Source: Chiloscyllium plagiosum (taxonomy: Eukaryota). From it: 64,000 nt of DNA. The notes under the pieces are model-generated. The model was not told where the DNA came from, did no database searches, and was given only the letters and a program-made list of their open reading frames with translations. This document shows, in pieces, positions 1 to 12,632 of this stretch. A program made the translations under genes and the position numbers. The stretch is from assembly GCF_004010195.1 (NCBI RefSeq), contig NC_057749.1, positions 24,946,979 through 25,010,978 of the forward strand, in the 5' to 3' direction. Position 1 is the stretch's first letter, and each line of letters starts with the position of its first letter.

Positions 1-156
1 AAAAGAGTGTCAGCTGAGAGGATTCAGGGGTTTGTAGGCTATATGGTTGGTTTAATTAAAGTCTCACTTGAAGTATATGCCTGGACTGTGTCTAAAACCA
101 TTTCACTGCTAGTGGATAACAATTCAGTTCATCCTCCTGATGTTGGCTCTTTCATG

Positions 157-405
157 ATTAGATTCCCTACAGTGTGGAAACAGGCCCTTCGGCCCAACAC
201 GTCCACACCGACCCTCTGAAATGTAACCCACCCAGACCCGTTTCCATCTGACTAATGCACCTCACACTATGGACAATTTAGCATGGCCAATTCACCTGGC
301 CTGTGGGAGGAAACCCACACAGACAGTCGCCCAAGGGTGGAATCGAACCTGGGACCCTGGTGTTGTGAGGTAGCAGTGTTAACCACTGAGCCATTCTGCC
401 ACCCC
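157..405 (-). mobile_element. HE1-type V-SINE (internally deleted)
   Basis: Reverse complement has tRNA-like head TGGCTCAGTGGTTAACACTG...GGTTCGATTCC, the HE1 body and a (TCTAA)n tail. Confidence 0.85.
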
Positions 406-1056
406 ATGTGATCTGATTGATCCCACACTGGGCTTTTACCCCATACAGCACGGTAATTTTATGAAGGTTCTTATCAATTTCCCTTTCCTCTTTGAATGTC
501 ATTGTTGGATCTGCCCCCATCACCCTTTCATGACAAACGTTTAAACTCCCAGTTACTCACTCTGCAACAACCATGATTCAGCATTTCCCATGTGGTTCTT
601 TTGCATATCACTAGATATTAGAAATATTAAGCGCTTCTGCAAGTTTACTCCATCAAAGCCTGTGATGATTTTAACACCCCATTAAATCCCCTGTTAGCCT
701 TCTCTGTACCATGCTGTATAAAGGTTTGGTCAAGGCAAATCAGGGCAGGACTTACACACTTAATGGTAAGTCCTGGGGAGTGTTGCTAAACAAAGAGATA
801 TTGTAACTTCATATCTTCTTGAAAGTGGAGTCACAGGGAGACAGGATAGCAAGGACAATGTTTAGTATGCTTGCCTTTGTTAGCGAGCGCATTGAGTATA
901 GGAGTTGGGACGTCATGTTGCGATCGTACTGCACATTGGTTCGGCCACTTTTGGAATACTGCGTGCAATGCTGGTCTCCCTGCTATAGGATGGATGTTGC
1001 GAAACTTGAAAGGATTCAGAAAAGATTTACCAATGTTGGAGCTACAGGGAGAGGCT

Positions 1057-1367
1057 GATTAGATTAGATTCCCCACAATGTGGCCCTTCAGCCCAACCAG
1101 TCCACACAGACCCTCTGAAGAGTAACCCACCCAGACCCATTTCCCTCTGACTAATGCACCTAACACTATAGGCAGTTTAACGTGGCCAATTCACTGGACC
1201 TGCACATCTTTGGACTGTGGGAGGAAACCAGAGCACCCGGAGGAAAACCACGCAGACACGGGGAGAATGTGCAAACTCCACACAGACAGTTGCCCGAGGC
1301 TGGAATCAAACTTGGGATCCTGGTGCTGTGAGGTAGTAGTGCTAACCACTGGGCCACCCGGCCACCC
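1057..1367 (-). mobile_element. HE1 SINE nested in CR1
   Basis: HE1 consensus-like sequence; tail reads GATTAGATTAGATT on + strand. Confidence 0.88.
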
Positions 1368-2242
1368 CCTGGGTCTTTCCTCCCTGGAGTGTCAGAGGCT
1401 GAGGGGTGACCTTATAGAGGTTTATAAAATCATGATGGGCATGGATAGGGTAAGCATTGTGTGGGAGTCCAAAACTGGACAGCCTAGGTTTAAGGTGAGG
1501 GGGGAAAGATATAAAAGGGACTGCAGGGGCAACTTTTTCACGCAGAGGATGGTGGTTATATGGAATGAGGTGCCAGAGGAAGTGGTGGAGGCTGGTACAA
1601 TGGCAACATTTAAAAGCCATCTGGATGGGTACGTGAATAGGAAGGGTTTAGAGGGATATGGGCCAAGTGTTGGCAAATAGGACCAGATTAATTTAGGATA
1701 CCTAACACTATAGGCAGTTTAACGTGGCCAATTCACTGGACCTGCACATCTTTGGACTGTGGGAGGAAACCAGAGCACCCGGAGGAAAACCACGCAGACA
1801 CGGGGAGAATGTGCAAACTCCACACAGACAGTTGCCCGAGGCTGGAATCAAACTTGGGATCCTGGTGCTGTGAGGTAGTAGTGCTAACCACTGGGCCACC
1901 CGGCCACCCCCTGGGTCTTTCCTCCCTGGAGTGTCAGAGGCTGAGGGGTGACCTTATAGAGGTTTATAAAATCATGATGGGCATGGATAGGGTAAGCATT
2001 GTGTGGGAGTCCAAAACTGGACAGCCTAGGTTTAAGGTGAGGGGGGAAAGATATAAAAGGGACTGCAGGGGCAACTTTTTCACGCAGAGGATGGTGGTTA
2101 TATGGAATGAGGTGCCAGAGGAAGTGGTGGAGGCTTGTACAATGGCAACATTTAAAAGCCATCTGGATGGGTACGTGAATAGGAAGGGTTTAGAGGGATA
2201 TGGGCCAAGTGTTGGCAAATAGGACCAGATTAATTTAGGATA
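1159..2242. repeat. 542-bp direct tandem duplication (1159-1700 / 1701-2242)
   Basis: ORFs recur at an offset of exactly 542 (1210/1752, 1342/1884); only one difference seen (GCTGGTAC vs GCTTGTAC). Confidence 0.95.
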
Positions 2243-2432
2243 TCTTGTTGGCATGGTCAAGTTGTACAGAAGAGTCTGTTTCTGCGCTGTACATCTCAAT
2301 GACTCTATGACTCTAACTTGTTCAGATATCCGTTCCCCACCTCCCCAAACATAAGTGACATCCATTAAGGATTCTGGGCCATTTAATATGAAGACTTCCA
2401 ACTGGATGAACAATGATATCTGCAATGTTTAC

Positions 2433-2568
2433 CTTCACAGGTGGGCTCTTCCTCTGCAGCAGCAGCAGTACAGATTGCTCACATTGGGAGGTGTATGCCG
2501 GGAATAGGCTTGGTCCTTTTCCTGGATGGAATTGGATGAATCCATCACAAAGGAAGCAGATATTTTCT
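2433..2568 (-). CDS. Candidate last coding exon of a putative minus-strand gene (EKISASF...LYCCCCRGRAHL*)
   Basis: Unique sequence; acceptor ttatttcatatctttaacag|; phase-1 entry fits candidate exon 10216-10337; stop at 2435-2437; AAG|gtaaac donor and ATTAAA lie just downstream. Confidence 0.35.
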
Positions 2569-2685
2569 CTGTTAAAGATATGAAATAAGAAGTGTTGATG
2601 TTCAATGTGGAACATGAAAACGCTATTCGGCCCATCGGGTCTGTGCATTTCTGGAAGTCATGTCTGTTCCTCTCCATCAGCCACG

Positions 2686-2925
2686 GGTGACATGGTGGCT
2701 CTGTGGCCAGCACAGCTGCCTCACAGCGCCAGGGACCTGCGTTCAATCCCAGCCTCGGGCGACTGTCTGTGTGGAGTTTATATGTTCTCCTCATGTCTGC
2801 GTGGGTTTCCTCCCATAGGTCAAAGATGTGCAGGTTAGATAGACTAGCCATGGGAATATAGTTTTTCAGAGTGCACTCAATGGACCAAACACTCAATGCT
2901 TCCACAATGTATTGATCCTATAATC
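2686..2925 (+). mobile_element. HE1 SINE, diverged
   Basis: tRNA-like head plus TGTGGAGTTT...GGGTTTCCTCCCA body. Confidence 0.75.
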
Positions 2926-4100
2926 AGCCACTTGTCCAATGCATTTAAATCTCTGAAAGAATGGTTTTGCAAGAAACCGCCTTGTCTAATGATGTGAACA
3001 GAAGTGGATCATTGACTTAGACCTGACTGATTAGTATTACCTGTTTCCAATAACAACCTGTTTATCTTAACTTTTCAAGATCCCATTCCCCTTTGCACAC
3101 AGAGCGTTGGAGGCGGGAATTCCACTACTTGCTCTAAGGATCTAAATCAAAATTGAGGCCTAAGCAAGTTCAATTGAAACATTCAAGGGGATAATTATTC
3201 CAACAGAAATGGTATGCAGGGTTATGGGGGAAAGGCAGGAGATTGGCACTAGGGGATAGAACAGGTAAAGGTGTGATGGACCAAATGGCCTCCTTCTGTG
3301 CCGTAACAATGCTGTGATTCTAACTGTACTCTTTGAACTAGAGGATTAATTTTATGAGGTTACTCTGTGAGGCAATTCTCCAAACCTGATGTTGGATCAG
3401 AGAATCAACATGATGGCATTAATACCCTATTGGGTGCCTAGTGAGATTTTTCACCTAACTCACACCTCTGACTCTTTAAATTACTGAAAATGGCAAAGGG
3501 ATAAGAGTCAATAAAGGGAAATATTTTCATGTGGCAGGTAGTTATGAACTGGGCCGCACTGTCTGATAAGGCGATGAACGCAGACTCAGTAATAACTTTC
3601 AAAAGCGAATTGATTAAAAAGTTTGGAAACAAATTTGTTCATTTCATGGGAAGGAGTTGGATGGGTCTGACAGCCAGCCAGCACATAAACAAAATAACAC
3701 ATATCTTCACAGTGCTGTATAATTCCAGCAATCTATGGTTTTCAAACATAGAAAGCAAGCTCTTAATATTTCCAGAACTATCAGACTGTATACATTGTCA
3801 GCATTGTTTCATTTATTGGGGGGATTTTGCAGACTAACTAACGGTAACTCATCTACTCACCAAAGCAGGAGTCAGTTTGTCTTCTACAACTGTTTATTTA
3901 CATTCATATTTCAATACAAACTATTGTCTACTCTCTGTCCTTTCCTAACCAACTGCCCTTACAGGGGAAAACCAGCCCTTAAATACATTCTCCAGTGAGT
4001 GTCAGTTGCTTTCTGTAATCTATTGAGTGCGCTCTGGTTTCTGGACTCTTGAAAAATTGTGAGAAGTTTGAGTCTGTCTGCCATAAAGTGGGCATATGAA

Positions 4101-4450
4101 GGGCACAATGGCCTAGTGGTTATTATTACTGGCCTGTTAATCCAGAAACCCAGTTTAATGTTCTGGGGACCTGGGTTCAAACCTTGCCACAGACGATGGC
4201 GAAATTTGAATTCAATTAAAATCTGGAATTAGGAGTCTGATGTTGACCATTAATCTGTTGTTGATTGTCAGGAAAATCTTATCTGGGTTCACTAATGTCC
4301 TTGAGGGAAGGAAACTGCCATCCTTTCCTGGTCTGGCCTACACATGATTCCAGACCCACAAGAATGTGGTTGACTATTAACTGCCCTCTGGGATGGGCAA
4401 TAATTTCTGGCCTGGCCCGTGATGCTTATGATCCCATAAATGAACAAAGG
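4101..4450 (+). mobile_element. Second tRNA-derived SINE family sharing its 3' tail with the LINE at 61.8-62.8 kb (other copies ~18410-18660 -, 22045-22575 +, 29925-30195 -, 32570-32840 -, 58945-59270 -)
   Basis: A/B-box-like TGGCCTAGTGG...GGGTTCAAA; tail GGGCAATAA(A)TGCTGGCC..CCCA..AATGAA similar to 62740-62795. Confidence 0.7.
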
Positions 4451-4576
4451 AAAAACATGTCATAGAAGAAGAGCAGCAGAGATTGTTAAAACTGATACTG
4501 GGCTTGGCAGGATTGCCCTATGTGGAGAGATTGGGTTGATTGGGTCTGCGTTCATTAGACTTTAAAAGGGGGCTCT

Positions 4577-4870
4577 GATTAGATTAGATAGACACCCTAC
4601 AGTATGGAATCAGCCCCTTCAGCCCAACAACTCCACACTGACCCTCCAAAGAGTAACCCACCCAGATCCATTCCCCTACATTTACCCCTGACTATGGGCA
4701 ATTTATCATGGCCTATTCACCTGACCTGTACATCTTTGGAAACCAGAGCACCCAGAGGAAACCCACACAGACACAGGGAGAATGTGCAAACTCCACATAG
4801 ACAGTCACCCAAGGCTGGATTCGAACCTGGGTCCCTGGCAGCAGTGCTAACCACTGAGCCACTGTGCCGC
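4577..4870 (-). mobile_element. HE1 SINE inside a CR1 fragment (~4490-5180 +)
   Basis: HE1 motifs; flanks resemble the CR1 3' end. Confidence 0.8.
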
Positions 4871-6769
4871 TGTGAAATATGTAGAACTTGAAGAGGGCTG
4901 GACAGACTAGATATATGATGGATGATTTACAGATTGGGGAGTATTGAACCCGGACACACAATCTATACAAACTAGACCAATTAGGACTGAGATTAAGAAA
5001 CTTTCCTTCACTCAAACGGTAGTGACCCAGTGGAATTCTCCACCACAGAAGGCTGTGGAGGCCATGTCGCTGAATATATTCAAGAAAAAGATTAATATAT
5101 ATATTTAAATCCTAAAGGCAGCAAAGTGGATAGAGGGAAAGCAGGAATGTGGTGTAGAGATAGAGGATTGGTTATGTTCTTATTATAGAGTCTTACAGCA
5201 CGGAAACAGACCCTTTAGTCCAACCAGTCCATGCCAACCATAATACCAAACTGCACCAGTCCCACCTGCCTGCTCATGGTCCATATCCCTCCAAACCTTT
5301 CCTATTCATGTACTGATCCAAATGTCTTCTAAAGGTAACTATACCGCATCCATCACTGCAGCTCATTCCACAAATGAACTGTTCTCTGTGTAAAATAAAA
5401 TTGCCCCTAACGTCTTTTTAAAATCTTCCTTCTCTCACCATAAAAATATATCCCTAGTCTTGAAATCCCCCACCCTAGGGAAAGAATATCGAATAGTAGA
5501 GCAGGCTGGGAGGGCTGAATGGCTCACTTCTGCTCTCTAAAAGGCACCATCGTTTACGACATAGTCACTTTAAGCTACTTTTGATATCTAATAAATCCTG
5601 GCATCAATCTTGAACTCATATCTTTGTAGTTTAGAGCATTAACTCGTTGAGTCATTCAGGGTATTCCATGTGTTACACACATGATGGCCTGTAATTATTC
5701 CATTAGTCTTGAAGTTATTAATTGGCTGTTAGTGAACATTCAACGTATTTGTACAAGATTCCTCTGTTGGTGATTGTACTTGAGATACATACTGAGCATT
5801 CAATAGATGTTAATATTGATCATTGTTTCCTAGATATAAACAATTTTGCTCCTTATTCTTTCCTTGAATAATATTACACAGAAACTGGCTCTGTCCTTGA
5901 GCTTCCAAGACACATTCCACGCTACTGGTGTTTTATGGGCATCCAAGGTTCATGTGTAAAATTGTCTCTTCGTTTCAGTTCTGTGTCATTCCACCAGCAG
6001 AGACTTTGCCAGATACTGTCAACTAAAATGTTACACTTAATTAAAAATATTGGGAATGGGAGGATTGTTATCCCAGATCCACAGCACTGGATCCACAGAT
6101 TCCAAACACCACCACCACTTCCGTCTAGAAGGACAAGAGCAGCAGGTACATGGGAACACCACCCCCTGCAATTTCCCCTCCAAATGTCACTCACCATCCT
6201 GACTTGGAAATACATCACTGTTCGTTCACTGTCGCTGGGTCAAAATACTGGAATTCCCTCCTTAAGGGCCTTGTGGGTCAACCCACAGCAGATGGACTGC
6301 AGCAGTTCAAGAAGGCAGCTCACCCCCATCTTCTCCAGGGGCAATTAGGGATGGGCAATCAATGCTGATGCCCACATCTCCTGAGAGAATAAAAATTAAT
6401 TTGTACAGACCATTGTCAACTTCCACTCAGTCTGCTGCTCATATCCACTCAATCAGTGTGAGGTCTGCTGTGAGATATTCACTTCTAATTCACTTTTCTT
6501 CCTCTCTGCCAAGGGTTTGGTGCAGTGGCCCTGTTAAATTGTCATTCCCACAACGAAAAAAAGAGCACAGTGCTAACTGCTAGGGTCACCATGGAGACCA
6601 GCAACTTTTTAAAAAAAACGAATTCCCAGGAACCGAGAAGAAAGAAAACTGAGGAAGAAGATTTCACTTTTCACTGTAAGAAGCTGACGAAAATCAAAAT
6701 AATTCAAATATTAGTTGAGGGGAAGCCTCCTTCAAATGAAATGGTCCATTTTTCTTTAAGCTCATGGAA

Positions 6770-7100
6770 CCATAGAATGTATGGAAGCAGGCCATTTGGC
6801 CCATCGAGTCCACACCGACCCTCAAAGAGCATCTCATCCAGACCGACTCCTCTACCCCCTTCCTATAGAACCCTGCAGTTCCCATGGCCAATCCACCCAA
6901 CCTGCACATCCCTGGACACCAGGGCCAATTTCCCATGGCCAATCCACTCTAACCTGCACATCCCTGGACACCAGGGCCAATTTCCCATGGCCAATCCACT
7001 CTAACCTGCACATTTTTGGACTGTGGGAGGAAACCAGAGCACCCGGAGGAAGCCCACATAGACATGAGGAGAGGGTGCAAACTCCACACAGTCGCCTGAG
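6770..7100 (-). mobile_element. HE1 SINE with an internal ~46-bp segment present three times
   Basis: TTCCCATGGCCAATCCAC..AACCTGCACAT repeated 3x between 6880 and 7012. Confidence 0.8.
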
Positions 7101-7394
7101 GGTGGGGGTTGTTGACAACAAATGGGAGTTGTCTCATGTAGCTGTAAGCACATGCAGAAATGTGTGACAAAGTACAGTCTAGCGGTCTTTCAAGCACAGC
7201 CTCATCCTTCTGGCCCTTGGGTAGCATTCACTAGCAGCTGTATTCCACCCAAAGCCCAGGACACCGTTACCACTGCGAGGGTAACTTGACTGTGAGTCAG
7301 CTGACAGTGCTGGTGCACCCGAACCCCACACTCTCTTTTCTGAGACCGCTTCAAATGGTCTGGCCAAGGCACTGATGGGTCACACCCAATCCAC

Positions 7395-7978
7395 AACATT
7401 TTCACAACAATGTCTCGACTTCCTCAGGAGGCTAAAGAAATGCAGCATGTCCGTAAAGACCCTTGGCAATTTTGATAGATGCACAATCAAAAGCATTCTG
7501 TCCGGATGCATCACAGCTTGGGATGGCAACTGCTCTGCCCCAGGACCGTAAGGAACTACAGAGAGTTGTGAACACAGCCTAGTCGACTGCACAAACCAAC
7601 CTTCCATCAATTGACTCCATCTACACTTCTCACTGCCTCAGGAAGGCAGCCAACATCATCAAAGACCCCACCGATCCCGGTTATAATCTCTCCCAACTTG
7701 TTCTATCCAACAGAATGTACAAAAGCCTAAACACACATACCAACAGTTTCAAGAACAGCCTCTTCCCTGCTGTTATTAGACTTCGGAATGGACTGCTCAA
7801 ACTTCAAGTGTAATGTTGATCTCGCTCTGCGTGCACCTTCTCTGCAGCCGTAACGTTGTATTCCTCGCTCTGTTCTATCACCCCAATGCACTTTGTATGG
7901 TGTGATCTGTCTGTACTGCACAGAAAACAAAACTTTTCACTATACCTAGGTACATGACAATAATAAATCAAGTCAAAT
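7395..7978 (+). mobile_element. Rex1/Babar-clade LINE 3' fragment
   Basis: Translates to FLRRLKK..TLGNFDRCTIKSILSGCITAW.GNCS..DRKELQRVV (Rex1 ORF C-terminus); tail CTTTTCACT..ACATGACAATAATAAATCAA. Confidence 0.8.
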
Positions 7979-9254
7979 CCTGCTTTTGTCTCTCTGCTTG
8001 TAACAACGAGATAGCGCGCATGGTAACATAGTCTTGTGCAAGAAGGATTACAAGTGCTTGTAACTAAGTGAGACACATCTTTGTTGTATCAATAACAAAG
8101 CACTATTTAACTTTTCATTGGAAGCAAGGCTTCACCTTAACTAATGTTCGGGTTAAGTTGATTTCAGTTTGTTACAGTAAAAAGTGAAATCTTGTCCATC
8201 AGTTTACTTTCTTCAGTCTCTGCTCTGTTCTCAGAGAGCTGTTTCCACAGCAGAATCAGTTCAAAGATTACCAGACATGGAGAGGGTTTTGCTGGTTTCT
8301 CTCGGATAGATTCTCAATTTGTTCTGAACAGCCATTCATTAAAAAACAAAGCTGGCTAGTTCCAACTTTGCTGAAATTAGCTTTGCATTTAGTGTTGTTC
8401 CTTATCAATTTACCTCCATAACAAACTCTGATCACATGGACATTGCTTGAAACCTAATAGTGTTGTAATCGGGAATCCAATTCATCTTCCTTCAGAGTAT
8501 TCCCCAGACCAATTTAGACATCAAGGGACTTTGAATAAAAGCAAATGGATACTTTTCCCAGCAGTTTCCCAGGGTGGCATGGTGGCTTAGTGGTTAGCAC
8601 TGCTTGCCTCACAGCACCAGGGACTCAGGTTCAATTCCACCCTTGGGTGACTGTTTGGAGTTTGCACATCCTCCCACAGTCCAACGATGTGTGGGTTAGT
8701 TAGATTGGCCATGGGAAATGCAGGGTTGCTCTTCAGAGGGTGGCTGTGGACTTGATGGGCTGAATGGCCTGTAGAAACACTGTCGGGATTCCATACTCAC
8801 AAGCTTGAGCTGACTTTACACACCCCTCACTAACTCTCTGATGACATCCAGCAGGCAGATTCCAATAACCTTCAGAGAGGGGCAGTAGTTAATGGATTGC
8901 TCTAATTTGACCTAAATCTCTAGACAGTCTGCACTGCTTTTGCAACAATTGCTAAAAGTCATTGATTAAACTGATATGTATCTCTCTTGAGGGCACTTTA
9001 TGCACTCCGGAATTTACAGATCAGGCATGTGTTTGCTCCCCCACTCTCCAGCCATGTCCTTGACATTTATGAAAGTAAGAAAAAAGACCCTCAGACAACA
9101 TCTTCCAAACACAAGGCCACTTCCATCTCGAAGGACAAGGACAGTAGATACATGGGAAAAACATCACCTTCAAGTTCCCCTCCAAGTCACTCGCCATCCT
9201 GACTTGGAAATATATCACCATTCCTTCACTGTTGCTGGGTCAAAATCACAAGAC

Positions 9255-9850
9255 CATAAGACCATAAGACATAGGAGCAGAGGTTAGGCCACTCAGCCCA
9301 TCAAGTCTGCACTGCCATTCAATCATGGCTGATAAATTTCTCAACCCCATTCTCCCTTGATACTTAAGAAGCTATCTATCTCAGTCTTCAATATACTCAA
9401 TGACCTGGCCTCCACAGCCTTTTGTGGCAATGAATTCCATAGATTCACCACTCTCTGGCTGAAGACGTTTCTCCTCATCTCTGTTCTAAAAAGCCTTCCC
9501 TTTATTGTAAGGCAATGCCTTGGGTCCTAGTCCCTCCTACCAATGGAAACATCTTCCCAAAATCCACTCTGTCCAGGCTGTTCAGTGCTCTGTATGTTTC
9601 AATTAGATCCCCACCCACCCACCCACCATCCTTCTAGACTCCATCAAGTATAGACCCAGAGTTCTCAAACGTTCCTGAGATGTTAAGCTCTTCATTTGTG
9701 TGACCATTCGCGTGATCCTCATCTGAACGTGCTCCAGTACATCCTTCCTGACATATGCAGCCCAGACCACGCACAATGCCACAAATGTGGGCTGACCTAG
9801 AGTCCCTCTGTTGAAGATATGTCTTGAGTGAGGGTATGTAATTGCCTTCA
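9255..9850 (-). mobile_element. CR1 LINE 3' fragment
   Basis: RKDVLEHVQMRITRM..ERLRTLGLYLMESRRM; (CATAAGAC)n tail on + strand. Confidence 0.8.
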
Positions 9851-10215
9851 CTCAAGTGGTATCCCCCAAGCTCACGAGGGTGTTCATTTCTAATGGAGTA
9901 CTCTGCAATTTACATTCTCCCCTTGTGCACTCCCCAGTAATAAAGCCAGTTGTAATGCCTGTTTGAACTCCAGTTGGGCTTCAACTCGGAGGCTCTTTTG
10001 ATGAAATTCCCTCCCTAAGGGCATTGTGGGTCAACCCTTCAAGAAGGCAGCTCACCACCACTTTCTCTCAAGGGCAACTAGAGACAGGCAATAAATGCAG
10101 TGACGCCTACATTCCACAAATCAGTAAGCTAAAAATATTTTCTTAAATGTTCCAAAGAGTCTCTGAGTGAAGTCGGCTGATTCGTTGATACCCAAACGTC
10201 AATGTGTTACATTAC

Positions 10216-10337
10216 CATTGGATCTCCCATCATTGTTCTGAGACAGGAAGTCTGCAGCATTGGCATCATCGAAGGGTGCCAGGATCTGAAGGTTGGCACC
10301 CAAAGGCATGTAGGTGTTACCACCAGTGGTCAAATGC
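10216..10337 (-). CDS. Candidate internal exon (HLTTGGNTYMPLGANLQILAPFDDANAADFLSQNNDGRSN)
   Basis: Unique sequence; catcctcag| acceptor and ATG|gtaatg donor; only one of three frames is open (phase 2 in, phase 1 out). Confidence 0.35.
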
Positions 10338-10885
10338 CTGAGGATGGCTTGTAAAACACTTACCATTGAGCCAAACAACAGTAGAATATTGCTGTGGAAA
10401 CTCAGTGGATCTGGCACCACCAGCAGAGAGAGGAAGCAGAGTTAACATTTTGAGTCCAGTGACCTTTCATCAGGAAGAGGAGGCTAAAGAAAGCTCAAGT
10501 GGACTTGAAACATTAATTCTGTTTTCCTCTCTCCACAGATTCTGCCAGGACTAATGAGTTTCTCCAGCAGTTTTCTGTTTGTGTTTGTTTCAGATCTCCA
10601 GCAACTGTAGTTCTTTCACTTGCCTTTGGGCACTCTACTGCCTGCATTAGCTCCACCCCACTCCGTCCCCAATCCCAATAGTCATCCTCTCAATGCTCCA
10701 TTTACTCACTCTGAATGGCCTACCATATATCCTTAGGCTGTGCCCCCTGTTTGTGGACTCTCCAGACATTGGAAACATCCTTCCTGCATTCGACCTGCCT
10801 AGTCCTGTTAGAGTTTTGTAGGTTTCCATGAGATCCCACCCCTCACCCCACCCCCTTGATTCTTCTAAACTCCAGGAAATATAAG

Positions 10886-11096
10886 GAGAAAGTGAGGACT
10901 GCAGATGCTGGAGATCAGAGCTGAAAATGTGTTGCTGGAAAAATGCAGCAGGTCAGGCAGCATCCAGGGAACAGGAGAATCGACGTTTCAGGCATGAGCC
11001 CTTCTTCCTGAAGAAGGGCTCATGCCCGAAACGTCAATTCTCCTGCTCCTTGGATGCTGCCTGGCCTGCTGCGCTTTTCCAGCAACACATTTTCAG
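10886..11096. mobile_element. Penelope-like terminal palindrome with hammerhead motif, inserted in a CR1 fragment (~10700-11340 -)
   Basis: Inverted arms span 10918-11099; 16-bp TSD CTCCAG(G/T)AAATATAAG at 10870-10885 and 11097-11112. Confidence 0.8.
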
Positions 11097-11695
11097 CTCC
11101 AGTAAATATAAGCCTGACCAATCCAACCGCTATTCATATGTCAATCCTGCTAACCCAGGAATGAAGCTGGTGAACCTCTGTTATACTTTCTCCAAGTTAG
11201 AACATCTTCCCCTCAGATAAAGGGACCCAAACTGCACGCAATAATCCAGGTGTGGTCTCATGCAGCAAGACATCCCTGCTCCTGTCCTTGAATCCTCTCA
11301 CTATGAAGACCAACGTATCAATTGCCTTCTTCCCCACCTGCTGCACCCAATGCTCACTCTCAGCAAACCGATGTGCAAGGAACCTTGGAACTCACGCAGG
11401 AAGCTCCAAATTGAGAGCACCATTATGGGTGGGACATTCCCTCCATCAAACCATTGCATTACAGTGCTAACATGTCCTTGCTGACCATATAACGGAGGGT
11501 CTAGTGTCACAGGTGGGAAGAAAATGAAAAAAAATGGAAAATTGAATCGGAGGGGACGGTGTCCTTGGAGGGAAGGGGTGTGGTGACTATAATGGGGTCA
11601 GCCAGGTGGACCTCATAGAACATGAGTTCCCTGATTGGGGCTGTTAATCTGGTCCAATCAGGGAGCCCTGGCCAACAGATATCAGCAGGAGTGTT

Positions 11696-12083
11696 GGCTG
11701 TCCAAGAGATGGTCGAAAGGTGTGTCAGGGCGGACCGAGAACTGGAAGGGGCATGGTGTGGACCGAGAGCCGGAAGGTGGATAGGGGCGGGCTGCCTTAG
11801 AGTGGTCGGAAAGTGGGCGGGACGGAGGCTTGCTGGGTCTGTACTCTCTGTACTTTTGTATGTAACAGTATTGTCTAATGTACAAATGTCATTGTCACTG
11901 TCTTGTCATATGTGGAACTGGGATTTGAGGTTTGTCCTCATCTCCCTGTAAAATGGTTGAACATTAGGGTTTGGGGCCTAGCTTTGTGGCTTCTCTCCCT
12001 TGTAAAATTGCTGTCTCTTGTGTACAGCTGTAAATGTTTTTGTAAACTGTTTTGTAATTTGTTTAATAAAATAAAAACAAATA
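11696..12083 (+). mobile_element. 5'-truncated non-LTR retrocopy, Tx1/L1-like
   Basis: T-rich 3' UTR, AATAAA and A-rich tail; flanked by 12-bp direct repeat AGCAGGAGTGTT (11684-11695 / 12084-12095). Confidence 0.65.
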
Positions 12084-12095
12084 AGCAGGAGTGTT

Positions 12096-12272
12096 CCCCT
12101 TCACTGTTTGATCACACAGCATTGTCCTTTGATGTGAAGGGCACTGCTTGTCAATGGCCACTCGGGTGTTTTCCTTTCTTCCTGGTGGTGGAAATTGAAT
12201 AAAGATTTGTACACCTTGTGTCTCTCACTGTGTCTCCCACCTGTAAAAAGAAAAGAAAAAAAGGAAAAAAAA
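12096..12272 (+). mobile_element. Second 5'-truncated poly(A)-tailed retrocopy at the same site
   Basis: AATAAA near 12198, A tail 12245-12272, followed by AGGAGTGT (12273-12280). Confidence 0.65.
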
Positions 12273-12360
12273 AGGAGTGTCAGGGGTTCTGTCCACTCTG
12301 AGAGCTGGCTCTGAGGGAGCTGGATCAGTGTCAAGCACATGTAAATGAAGGGTGACTTGC

Positions 12361-12632
12361 TAGACAATAGACAATAGACAATAGGTGCAGGAGTAGGCCA
12401 TTCAGCCCTTCGAGCCTGCACTGCCATTCAATATAATCATGGCTGATCATTCCTAATCAGTATCCTGTTCCTGCCTTATCTCCATAACCCTTGATTCCAC
12501 TATCTTTGAGAGCTCTATTCAACTCCTTCTTAAATGAATCCAGAGAGTGGGCCTCCACTGCTCCCTGTGGCAGAGCATTCCACACAGCCACCACTCTCTG
12601 GGTGAAGAAGTTTCTCCTGAGCTCTGTCCTAA
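12361..12632 (-). mobile_element. CR1 3' end fragment inserted in the LTR
   Basis: (TAGACAA)n tail on + strand; reverse complement AGAAACTTCTTCACCCAGAGAGTGGTG..TGGAATGC. Confidence 0.8.

Larger units (their letters stand above)
750..2316 (+). mobile_element. CR1-clade (HER1-like) LINE 3' fragment, interrupted by an HE1 SINE and a 542-bp tandem duplication
   Basis: ORF pieces [18 protein letters not shown] and RLRGDLIEVYKIM...NFFTQRMVVIWNEVP are the CR1 ORF2 C-terminus; tail ends in TGACTCTATGACTCTA. Confidence 0.9.

Noticed and set aside
1166..1899. Recurring ORFs MAQWLALLPH... and DCGRKPEHPEE... as a gene family
   Set aside because: Sense and antisense translations of the HE1 SINE found throughout the window
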